Assembly: GCF_006345805.1 (NCBI RefSeq) | Contig: NW_021836509.1 | Coordinates: 1 to 24,155 of the forward strand | Direction: 5' to 3' | From: Octopus sinensis | Lineage: Eukaryota | DNA: 24,155 nucleotides | Shown here: positions 10,417 through 20,248 of the stretch, piece after piece | Numbering within the stretch: position 1 is the stretch's first letter | Layout of the letters: every line of letters begins with the position of its first letter | The notes under the pieces: model-generated | Database searches by the model: none | What the model was told of the DNA's origin: nothing | What the model saw: the letters and a program-made list of their open reading frames with translations, nothing else | Position numbers and translations under genes: made by a program

Positions 10417-10912
10417 TACATATCGACCAGGTCATCGTTATCCTGTTATATTACTGTGGACCCCATGATTTTCTCTTTCCACATTTTCGTCGCTTTTTTG
10501 TTAGGTTTAGTTCTTTCTTTTGTTTTTACCTCATTTTCTCTTTGGTCCTCTTGCATCACCTCTCACGCATCACAAGACATTGAAATTTTGGTGCTGGCCG
10601 TGGTTAGAATTGTGGAGACTATAGATTCCTGCCGTTGTTTCTGCCATGGCCCACTCTTCTCTGCCGTCTGCTCCTTCATGTCACTGCTGGCTAAGACCGG
10701 AGGAATGAGTCTGTCTGCTTCATTGTCCGTTCCTGAGAACACAGACAAGTCAATCTTCACTGCCAGTTCCGAAGTTTTGACTGTCGATGCTATTGTGACA
10801 GCAGCCAGCAAGTCCTACTGTTGTTGGTGTTGTTCTTTTTTGTTGTAGTAGGCCTCAAATAGAAATCCCTCAAAAGATGCTTGCTGCCACATGTATGACA
10901 ACTGGGTCTTTT

Positions 10913-10966
10913 GTCTCATCACTTTAGTTCCATAACAAAAGTCTCATCACTTTAGTTCCATAACAA
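10913..10966. repeat. Exact 26-bp tandem duplication (period 28)
   Basis: gtctcatcactttagttccataacaa at 10913-10938 and 10941-10966. Confidence 0.95.
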
Positions 10967-11540
10967 GGCAGAGCTCTGGTAGGGTTCTGTGTTTTTGTAG
11001 GATTATAAAGGTTTGGAAATTCATGCTGCCCGACTGCTTTATCATTTTCCATGATCTTCTTCACCTGCCCAACAGGAGGTAGATATCTCTACCAATGCCT
11101 ATTTACTGTCTCCTCTGTATAGGATTGGTCTGTTTATGTTGCGATTTCAGTCGATGACCTGGTATTTCGAATCTTGTTTCTTGTGGTTTCACCTCGGTTT
11201 CAGTATTGAAATACAGATCGAAGAATGGTGGGAGAAGATTCACCTGGTCAGTAGATGCAGTGTTACCCTACAAATGTAGCAAGGCTTCCACCAGTTGCTC
11301 CTCTGAGGACATATGTTCGCCTTTGGTGAGATAGAGGTACGTTAGTTTTCCTGTTGCTGTTCGATTAAATTCTTCGAGCAAGGACACAAGAGATGTCACT
11401 CACACAGCGCCACTGTAGTACCCTCTAACCCGGGGCCCTGTTCATATTTAAATACCACCTGTTTAAACCAATATAAACACAAGTATTCTTTCCACTAATG
11501 TTTGTTTTCGCTGGGTAATATATAAAATATATATATATAT

Positions 11541-11739
11541 AAAGTTAATCCAAACAAGAAAGCACAAAAAAACACAACAACGCGAGGACGTGGAACAAAT
11601 ACAGTATTATTGGACGCTCAGGAAAGAAGGAGAGTTTAACGTTTCGAGCGGAGCTCTTCGTCGGAAACATAGGAGAAGGAAAGATCCAGAGAAGGGAAGA
11701 CAGAGGAAAAAAAATCGCCAACGGTACACACGAGGTCAC
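11541..11739 (-). mobile_element. Penelope-like terminal fragment carrying a minimal hammerhead motif
   Basis: Contains the motif at 11634-11668 and abuts (TA)n. A second truncated copy lies at 19517-19605 (aatccaaac...tacagtattatt...gcgctcaggaaa). Confidence 0.55.
11634..11668 (-). ncRNA. Minimal type I hammerhead ribozyme motif (U4C variant)
   Basis: Minus strand: gttt-CCGACGA-a-gagc[tcc]gctc-GAA-ACGT-T-aaac. It has a 4-bp stem I, a 4-bp stem II, palindromic ACGT at stem III and a GUU site. Confidence 0.6.
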
Positions 11740-12114
11740 GCGCAGGTGTGACTGTGTAGTAAGTAGCTTGCTTTCCAACCACATGGTTCCGGGTTCAGTC
11801 TCACTGCGTGGCACCTTGGGCAAGTGTCTTCCACTCTAGCCTCGGGCCGACTAAAGCCTTGTGAGTGGATTTGGTAGACGGAAACTGAAAGAAGCCCGTC
11901 AGATATATATATATATATATATATCTATATTTGTGTGTCTGTGTTTGTCCCCCTCCCCATCGCTTGACAACCGATGATAGTGTGTTTATGTCCTCGAAAC
12001 TTAGCGGTTCGGCAAAAGAGACCGGTAGAATATGTACTAGGCTTACGAAGAATAAATCCTGAGGTCGATTTGTTCGACTAAAAGCGGTGCTGCAGCATGG
12101 CCGCAGTCAAATGA
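11740..12114 (+). mobile_element. Near full-length tRNA-derived SINE (family A) with internal (TA)n
   Basis: A-box-like tgactgtgtagt, B-box-like ggttcagtct, CORE-like ccttgggcaagt, internal microsatellite 11901-11930, and 3' end gcagcatggccgcagtcaaatga. At least eight other related segments occur in the window. Confidence 0.9.
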
Positions 12115-12764
12115 AATTTTTTTTTTAAATATGTAACCTGTATAATACTTTTATAAACAGGGCTAATTTAGATGTTTCTCCAGAGATTGAAAAAAAAACA
12201 AAATTATGGACAACCGTAATCGATTTTCGAATCTTATTGGATTCTCGTCAGAGGCATCCACATCAATTTGACCAATCCCAGAGATACAATCAGCCAATTT
12301 GTTTATATATTCAACAATTTCAATGTATGTGTAGGAGTGCTGTTGTTATTTCTATTTATCAGTAAGCGAGGCATCAGAGTCATCTTTGGTGCTTGAAATA
12401 TAATTTTTTTCCCCCTTTTCAAAATGTCTATATGCTGGTGCGAATTTTTTGTGTTCATGTCATTCTTTTTTCCTTGTTTGCTTGTAGAAACATCTTGACT
12501 TTTCTTTGAGTAGCGTAACTCAACTTCTTGTTAAGCTACGACAGAAATTTAAAATGTCAGAAAATAAAATATAAAATATTTCAAGACATGACTTTTTTAT
12601 TTTGTAATTTTGTCTGCTCTCGGGTATTGTGGGGCGGAGGAGGCAAATGTCTTCGGATAACTGTTCCCTACTAGCAAATACTCCACACAAAAACAAAATT
12701 CGTCTTAGTGGTGTCCTGGGCGGAGTTAACATAAACACATCTTCATGCTACAACAATCAACAAT

Positions 12765-12850
12765 AATCCTCTCTACATTAGGCACAAGGCCTGAAACTTC
12801 GGGGTGCGGTGAGGTGTGGCTAGTCAATTACATCGACTCCAGTACTTGAC
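12765..12850 (-). mobile_element. SINE family B 3' tail fragment
   Basis: Reverse complement gtactggagtcgatgtaattgact...tttcaggccttgtgcc matches the tails at 8510-8577 and 8700-8740. Confidence 0.65.
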
Positions 12851-13204
12851 GATTAAATGAAGCTGATCTTCATTACTATCCACTAATTATGACACATCCT
12901 CTAAAAGTGGGCGTAATTTTAATAAATCAAGAATTTATGTTGTATGGTATTCGACATACCTGTATCTGTCTACGTGTGGGTATAATGCGCGCACGCACAC
13001 ACATACATACACGCGCATGCGCACTCACGATTGTTCCACCACCATCTCAAATTTCAGGCTTGTGCCTGTTAGAAACGATCATAAATATTATTGACTATTG
13101 CGAAGGTGTTTCAGCGCGCAGGGTCGTTACAGCGTCAGATCAAATGTTTTGTAGTATTTGTTCCGGGCTCTTTACTTTGAGGTCAACTTCGTATATCACC
13201 CTCA

Positions 13205-13553
13205 ATTCTTATTCTTTTATTTGTTTCAGTCATTTGACCGCGGCCATGCTAGAGCAAACCCACCCCAGGACTTATTCTTTGTAAGCCTAGTACTTAATCT
13301 ATCGGTCTCGTTTTGCCGAACCGCTAAGTTACGGAAACGTAAACACACCAGGGTCGGTTGTCAGGCGATGTTGGGGAGACAGACAGAGACACACAAGCAT
13401 ATATATAATATATATATATATATATATACGATGGGCTTCTTTCAGTTTCCGTCTATCAAATCCACTCACACAGTGCCACACAGTGCCACGCAGTGGGTCT
13501 GAACCTAGAACCATGTGGTTGGAAAGTAAGCTACTTACCACACAGCCACTCCT
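13205..13553 (-). mobile_element. SINE family A, both ends present, with internal deletion
   Basis: Reverse complement aggagtggctgtgtggtaagtagctt...ggttcagacccactgcgtggcac joins directly to tgtgagtggattt via a duplicated cacagtgcca. 3' end catggccgcggtcaaatgactgaaacaaataaaagaataagaat. Confidence 0.9.
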
Positions 13554-13636
13554 ATATATACAATCAACCGATGTAAATATTAAAACTTTACAAAAATAAG
13601 TATTGGAGTGGATTTGTTACATTAAACCCCCTATAC

Positions 13637-13700
13637 AAGGCGGTGCTCCAGTATGGCCGCCGTCCAATGACTAAAACAATAAAAAGAGAAGATAAAAAAG
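13637..13700 (+). mobile_element. SINE family A extreme 3' end
   Basis: aaggcggtgctccagtatggccgccgtccaatgactaaaacaataaaaagagaagataaaa matches 15381-15440. Confidence 0.75.
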
Positions 13701-13863
13701 CTCGAACAGTAAACCAGCGATAAACAATCAGAAATGCCAGAGAATAAAATATAAAGTCGGTAAAGATAAGCCTTTTCATCCGGTAACGATTGAAACACGA
13801 TCCAGATCAGTGGCTAGCGAATACACACACACACACACACGTGTGTATCTATGTGTGTATGTA

Positions 13864-14115
13864 TATGGCCTTGTGGTTAGGGTGTTGCACTCACAATCTC
13901 CAGATCGTAGTTTCAATTCTTAGATCGGGTGTTGCGCTCTGCTCTTGAGCAAAACGCTTAATCTCACGCTACCCTGCGATCACTTCGACTCTTGAGGTGC
14001 GGTACACCGTACACCTGTTCAAGCAAAATTTGATTTGACGGAGGGAGTGAGTTAATGCAGGGCACGAACATTTGATCCCTATAAAGAAATCGTTTGTGTG
14101 GGTCGTTCGGCAAGA
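13864..14115 (+). mobile_element. tRNA-derived SINE, third family (C)
   Basis: A box tggccttgtgg and B-box-like gtttcaattc at tRNA spacing, followed by CORE-like ctcttgagcaaaacgcttaatctc. No intact cloverleaf; the 3' boundary is approximate. Confidence 0.6.
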
Positions 14116-14469
14116 GCTGTAATCTTATACGTCTTCTTCGACAGGAAACTCCATTGTTTACATGTGTGCGCGCGCGCGGGTGGGTATAAAACAATGGGAA
14201 AACTATAGGTGCTGCAGCATTGCTCTCAAAACCACTCACCTGATGACGTACGTGCAGGTACACCGTTGTTGCTGGATCATATTTATATGACAATATGTCT
14301 AATGTGTGGAACATTCAGCAAGAACTGGTGATACTAGATTGCACAGATTTTTTTTTTATTTTTGTTTCTTTTTTTTTTTTTTTTTTTTTCCCTCTTTTAT
14401 GACAGAAAATTATAGTGATTTTAAGTAGTTCCTTCCATCTTGTATAATGTATATATTATTATTGTATGT

Positions 14470-14504
<35 letters not shown>

Positions 14505-14671
14505 CTGTGTGTGTGTCGGTGTGTGATGTGTGTGTGTGTGTTGTGTGTGGGTGTGTAAATTATATATATCTAATGTGATATAATTTTTTTCGAAAACAAT
14601 TCTTTGTCCCAAAAAAATTTTACTCAATGGCCAGCATATTAAAAAATACCTTTAAAGGTTAAATTTATAAA

Positions 14672-14778
14672 CAATTCATAGATAAGGGCAAAGGAAAAAA
14701 TTTCTAATGCCAAATATGCCGAATTTTTCGGCATATTTGGCATTAGAAATTTTTTCGTTTGCCATTATCTATGAATTG
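14672..14778. repeat. Near-perfect palindrome, 52-bp arms, 3-nt loop
   Basis: Arms 14672-14723 and 14727-14778 are reverse complements with only two mismatches. Confidence 0.95.
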
Positions 14779-14780
14779 AT

Positions 14781-14782
<2 letters not shown>

Positions 14783-14827
<45 letters not shown>

Positions 14828-14924
14828 GTATATATATAATATATATACTGTATATATAGATATCTATATAATGGACAGAACGCAAAATAGATATAAACAG
14901 ACGATACCAAGATAGTATATATAC

Positions 14925-14993
<69 letters not shown>

Positions 14994-15128
14994 TATATAT
15001 CTATATATATATATATAGTATATATATCTATATATATAATATATTATCTTATATATTATATATGTATATATATATCTTTGTATCGTCTGTTTGTATCTTT
15101 TGCGTTCTTGTCCCATTTTTGTATTTTG

Positions 15129-15182
<54 letters not shown>

Positions 15183-15230
15183 ATGTATGTATGTATGTAT
15201 GTATGTATGTATATGTATGTATGCATATGA
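14783..15230. repeat. (TA)n/(TG)n/(TATG)n block containing two inverted ~45-bp repeat fragments (14870-14913, 15073-15120)
   Basis: Direct observation. gtatcgtctgttt...ttttgcgttct is present on opposite strands either side of the TA tract. Confidence 0.85.
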
Positions 15231-15231
15231 T

Positions 15232-15440
15232 TGTGTGTCTGTTTTTGTCCCTCCAACATCGCTTGATAACCGATGCTGGTGTATTTACGTCCCCATCGCT
15301 TAGCGGTTCGGCAAGAGAGACCGATAGAATAAGTACTAGGCTTAGAAAGAATAAGTCCTGGGTTCGATTTGCTCGACTAAAGGCGGTGCTCCAGGATGGC
15401 CGCAGTCAAATGACTGAAACAAATAAAAGAATAAAAGAAT
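15232..15440 (+). mobile_element. SINE family A, 3' half with intact A-rich tail
   Basis: catcgcttgataaccgatgctggtg...cttagcggttcggcaagagagaccgatagaataagtactagg...ggccgcagtcaaatgactgaaacaaataaaagaataaaagaat. Confidence 0.9.
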
Positions 15441-15648
15441 CTGTCACTTGTATTTCAAGCCCTGTCCGTCAGCAGCTGGTCTTAAATGTCATCTGAGGGT
15501 TCATCAACGGATTAGCATTATATATGATACACATTGCCATTTTTTTCAACCACATCTGTAAGTGAGACTTATAAAGAGGACGTATGGAAGTAGGGCTAAC
15601 TAGAAGTCTGAAAACAAGCATGGGCGTTTAGGGCAAACTTATAGAAAC

Positions 15649-16116
15649 AGGCGTAGGTTTGGCTGTATGGTTAGGAGTTTACTTTCCAATCACATGATTC
15701 TGAGTTCAGAACTGTTGAGTGGCACCTTGGACGTATGTTTTCTACTATAGTCCCGGGCTGACCAAAACCTGGTGAGCAGATTTGGTAGACGGAAACTTAA
15801 AGAAGCCCATCTTACAACTATTTATATATATATATATGTGTGTTTGTGTACATACATATACATATATACATGAGTGCGCGTGCGTGCGTACTTACGTGCG
15901 TATGTGTGTGTATGTATGTGTTTGTCTTTGTGCTTGCTCCCCCCACAACTGCTCGACAACAGGTGTAGGTCTGTTTGCCTCCGTAACTTAGCGGTTCGGC
16001 AAAGACAGCGATAGAATTCAATAGCACATTCATTCGACTAAGACCCATAAATGCAGTGCCCCCACCCCAGCATGACTGCTGACCAATGATGGAAAAAAAA
16101 ACAAGTAAAAAGATAA
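15649..16116 (+). mobile_element. SINE family A, full-length but divergent, with expanded internal microsatellite
   Basis: Head aggcgtaggtttggctgtatggtt...gagttcag, ggcaccttgg, tttggtagacggaaac, internal TA/TG tract, cttagcggttcggcaaa, and tail aagtaaaaagataaa. Confidence 0.85.
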
Positions 16117-16429
16117 ATATGCTTTGGACAGTGAAAGGTTTAACGGAAGAAAAAGTTGTCCGTCGTCATTTTGGTCGACATCGTGAGACCAATGGTCAGT
16201 TGACTAATTTTCATACTTTATGTTGATAAAATAGCTCCTGGGAAAGGAATTATTTCGCTATTTTCACCATATTCTCCCTTGGTGATGTTAAGCAAAGCTG
16301 TATATAACAATACGTAAAGAAGAAGAAAAGGGAAAAAATGACGGACGTCGTTAAGAAACAAGATGAGTAGAGTGGAGTTCTTTTCCCTTCTGTTTCATCG
16401 CTTATACTCCTGAGAAAAACGTCCACACA

Positions 16430-16752
16430 TTACACACGAACAACACACACACACACACACACAAACATACATACATACATACACACGCACACACACACAC
16501 ACACACACACACCACACACACATACACACGTACATACGTACATGCATACATACATACATACATACATACATACATACATACATACATACCGACAGCCGAC
16601 AACTGATGAAGTGTCGTTCTTTATATTACTTGTCCTGTTTTCCAATAGTTTCTCTCGTTGTTTGCGCATCGAACTCATTTGTTTTCGCATTTCATGTTGT
16701 TTACTGTTGGTGACGTCCTGTACCCATATATGCATATGCATATATATATATA

Positions 16753-16788
<36 letters not shown>

Positions 16789-16895
16789 TTGTCTGTGTGT
16801 ATGTGTGTGTGTGTGTATATGTATGTATGTATGTATGTTTGTATGTATATATATATATGTATGTATGCATCTGTATATATATATATATACATATA
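16430..16895. repeat. (CA)n/(CATA)n and (TG)n/(TATG)n tracts flanking a ~145-bp non-microsatellite fragment (16590-16735)
   Basis: Direct observation. Confidence 0.9.
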
Positions 16896-16980
16896 ATTGT
16901 TAGAGGACAACAAACGTTAAGGCAAGACAAACATCTCAAGTCATACGTTGTTATTTGTCTATATATACGTATATATATTA

Positions 16981-17360
16981 CTAGCAGTATCGCCCGGCGT
17001 TGCTCAGTTTGTAAGGGAAATAACTATAAAGCATTTTTAGAGAGAGTTATAGCCAAAATATGCAAAAAATGGAAAAAAAAAATGATGGTAAATTTTTTTA
17101 GAGTTAAAAAGGTGGAGTTGCGTCCCTAGACGGTCTGTGGTTGGGTTTTTGATTCTCGACCCCATGTCGAATTTATCGATTTTTTTCAGAACTGGGGGAA
17201 CTTTTCAAAATTTTCGCTGCGTTAGTTTTGAATTATGACATTGGGCTATGTGTGTGTCAAGTTTCATCAGAATCGGTTGAAAGCCGTGGTCAGAGTGAGG
17301 GTACGAGAAAACAGACACACAGAAAACGCACAGACAAACTGCCGTTTATATAGAGAGAGA
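16981..17360 (-). mobile_element. Complete non-autonomous Helitron, 380 bp
   Basis: Minus strand begins TC (a|TCTCTCTCTATATAAACGGC) and ends ...actgagcaacgccgggcgatactgCTAG|t. This gives 5' TC, 3' CTAG, a subterminal imperfect GC-rich hairpin, insertion between A and T, and no TSD. Confidence 0.85.
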
Positions 17361-17364
17361 TTAG

Positions 17365-17836
17365 TATATATATGCATATATGCACGTATATATATATACA
17401 CGTGCACACACACACATACATACATACATACATACATACATACATACGTACATACATACATGCGTTCATACACATATATGTATGTATACATATACATACA
17501 TACACATACATATAAATACACACACACAAACGTATATTCGTATTATACGCACATCTTTAGATGTGTACTCACATTCTATATGTAAATACACGTTCTTTTG
17601 TGTGTATGTGTGTGAGTGCGTGCACGTGTGTGTACGTACGTAGGTGTATGCTGTATATATATATGCATGCATCTATGTAGGTATGTGTGAATCATTTAAA
17701 AACTCAAGTACAGAAACGCCTCCCATTACTTGCTTCAATGCATCACTGATTGACTGCCTGAACTTCTGGTTGACATTAAAATACCCAATATGGCTACTGC
17801 TAATGTTTACGGATATGTGTTTACGTAAAGGGTTCA

Positions 17837-17880
<44 letters not shown>

Positions 17881-18089
17881 ATACCAAGCATCTGTAAGTC
17901 TGTTTTCTTTTTCATATTTTTACTATTTGAATTCTTCCTACAAGGACGGGGCTGATTACTTACTTGGAAACAGTAGTTCCATCCCTGTATATAAGTGTGC
18001 GTGTCTATCTATGTGTGTGTGTTGTGTGTACGTGTGTGTGTATGCCTGTATGTATATATGTATATATGATGTATATATGGATCTATGGG

Positions 18090-18135
<46 letters not shown>

Positions 18136-18920
18136 TATATATATAATATATATATATATATGTATGTATGTATTTGTATGTAGGTGTATATGTATGTGTG
18201 TATATATATATTTATTGGTGTATATGTATAGACTAGCCTTCTAAGAGTGTAGACATGAATCTGTTAGGTACGCGTACTATATGTATATACGTGAATGTAT
18301 GTAGATGTATGTATGTATGAATATAACGCGTGCGTGCGTGTATGTGTATGAGTGTAACGAATGAGTGAGTGTACGTGCTAATGAGTTGTGCGTGCGTGAA
18401 TGAGTGCTTGTTTTCAAGTAGACAGATAAATGGACTTGCTGTCATAGCAAGATCCTTGGGACCAGCGGTCAAAGATAACAAAAGTAATAAATGAGATAAT
18501 AAAATTAAATTAGGGAATGCGTCTGTATTTGTATGTATATATATGTGTGTATGTGTAGGTATGTATAGGTACACTATGATATCTTATATATATATATATA
18601 TATATATATGGATCTATTATATGTATGTATATGTATGTGTATGTATATATATGTGTGTATGTGTAATATGTGTATATAGGGCGAAGTGTTGCTGTGTGTG
18701 CAGTGTGTAGTGTGTATGTATATATATTTTTCTGTGTGTATATGTATGTGTGGGTGGTGTGTATATATACAGTTGTGTATACGTGTATGCATGTGAGTGA
18801 GTGTATGTATATATATATATGTGTATGTGTAGATATGTATATGTATGTGTATGTGTATATATATGTGTATGTAGTGGTATGTATATATGTATGTATGTGT
18901 GTGTATATATGTATACATAT
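17365..18920. repeat. Degenerate compound microsatellite region (CA/TA/TG/TATG) with short unique spacers
   Basis: Direct observation; unique spacers at about 17690-17840, 17880-17990 and 18400-18520. Confidence 0.85.
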
Positions 18921-19277
18921 GTTATAGGTATAAGTGAGAATCTCCTTATTACCTAAAACTCTATTCTTTTTTATATATATTTTTTTATTTTTTTTATTAT
19001 TCTTTTATCTAATTAACACTGACTCCTTGACCACCGCCCAAGTATGATATTTTGCGCTATCCTACCCCCAAAAAGTCCCCCACCTCCACCCCTTTAAACC
19101 TGCCTAAATGTATAAATGCCAATACAATTCTTGTTAACTAGCTTCTGAAGATTTCTCTTGAATGAAACAGTTCTAGTCCTGTAGAAGCTCCTTCTATATA
19201 ATAAAATTAATTTTACTCTGCTATGTATTGAGTACCTTATTTACTGTGGTTAACCCCGAATCAACCCGGGACCTACA
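18920..19277 (+). mobile_element. Penelope-like terminal fragment with hammerhead-like motif, embedded in microsatellite
   Basis: Sharp boundaries against TA/TG tracts and a motif at 19140-19189 followed by aataaa and a short tail. Class inferred. Confidence 0.45.
19140..19189 (+). ncRNA. Degenerate type I hammerhead ribozyme motif
   Basis: agctt-CTGAAGA-t-ttc[tctt]gaa-t-GAA-Acag[ttctagtc]ctgT-A-gaagct. Core boxes are intact with a 4-bp stem III and GUA site, but stem II is weak and stem I is out of register by one base. Confidence 0.5.
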
Positions 19278-19308
19278 TATATATATATATAATATATGTG
19301 TGTGTATA

Positions 19309-19371
<63 letters not shown>

Positions 19372-19431
19372 TTATATATAATATCTTGTATATATATATA
19401 TATGTATATTATATATATATATATATTATAT

Positions 19432-19489
<58 letters not shown>

Positions 19490-19515
19490 ATATATATAAT
19501 ATATATATATATAAT
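19277..19515. repeat. (TA)n microsatellite
   Basis: Direct observation. Confidence 0.95.
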
Positions 19516-19516
19516 T

Positions 19517-19604
19517 TAATCCAAACGGGAAAACAAAAAAACCAACAACAGGGAACAATTACAGTATTATTATTAATAGGCGCTCAGGAAATATGGAAGC
19601 AGGA

Positions 19605-19605
<1 letters not shown>
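19517..19605 (-). repeat. Truncated copy of the repeat at 11541-11739
   Basis: aatccaaac...caacaac...ggaacaa.tacagtattatt...gcgctcaggaaa is shared with 11546-11625. Confidence 0.75.
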
Positions 19606-19635
<30 letters not shown>

Positions 19636-19637
<2 letters not shown>

Positions 19638-19906
19638 TAATCATATCTGCCAGGCATGTGGAAGAGAGTGTAATTCGGCAGGAGGACTTAAACGACATGC
19701 AAAGGTACATGAAGCCCAGTTAAAACTACACCCGGCTATTGCCGGTAAAGGTTTTAGCTGCCAATTCTGTACAAGACATTGTAGATCTTTAGCTGGGCTA
19801 AAAAGTCACATTCGATCACAGCACCAATAACAGTTAAGCTTCGTGCAATAGCCATACTCGATAACGAGGGGTAACCATCATGTATGTATGTATGTATGTA
19901 TGTATG

Positions 19907-19908
<2 letters not shown>
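19636..19908 (+). mobile_element. 5'-truncated RTE-clade LINE 3' end: two C2H2-type fingers, stop, short 3' UTR stem-loop, (ATGT)n tail
   Basis: 19642-19830 translates without interruption as HICQACGRECNSAGGLKRHAKVHEAQLKLHPAIAGKGFSCQFCTRHCRSLAGLKSHIRSQHQ*. It is followed by a ctcg-ataa-cgag hairpin (19857-19868) and a tandem-repeat tail from 19880. No TGEKP linker, start codon or splice acceptor. Confidence 0.75.
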
Positions 19909-19969
<61 letters not shown>

Positions 19970-20248
19970 TATAATATCAAGAGCTATTACTATCTGTAAA
20001 AGCCACACGCATTAAAGGGTCTCTTAAGTCAAACTACTTCAATAAGTATACACACGCGCCGACTTCGAGGGAATGAAAACTAAGAGAAGTTCCTTCAATA
20101 AAAAAGGTTTAGTCGTATATCATTAATGATTTCGTGGTCACCATGTATTTCCATGTTCTCCACTCATCAGTACGAACATAACCGGGGAAAATAAATATAT
20201 AAACATCTGTACATACCATACGAACACAACGCATATATATATACATAT

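Larger units (their letters stand above)
10027..11400 (-). pseudogene. Decayed ORF1/Gag-like coding region of a retroelement with a degenerate CCHC zinc knuckle
   Basis: Minus-strand translation gives broken segments VSLLEEFNRTATGKLTYLY..., KRPSCHTCGSKHLLRDF (knuckle remnant at 10877-10900) and a low-complexity S/T/E/K region, with multiple stops and frameshifts. It is interrupted by the MITE at 10236-10416. Confidence 0.55.

Noticed and set aside
13864-13935. tRNA gene
   Set aside because: A and B boxes are present but there is no intact cloverleaf or terminator, and the sequence continues into a SINE body. The same applies to family A and B heads.
16602-16625. CTGATGAAG as a hammerhead 5' core
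   Set aside because: No stem II and no GAAA box downstream.
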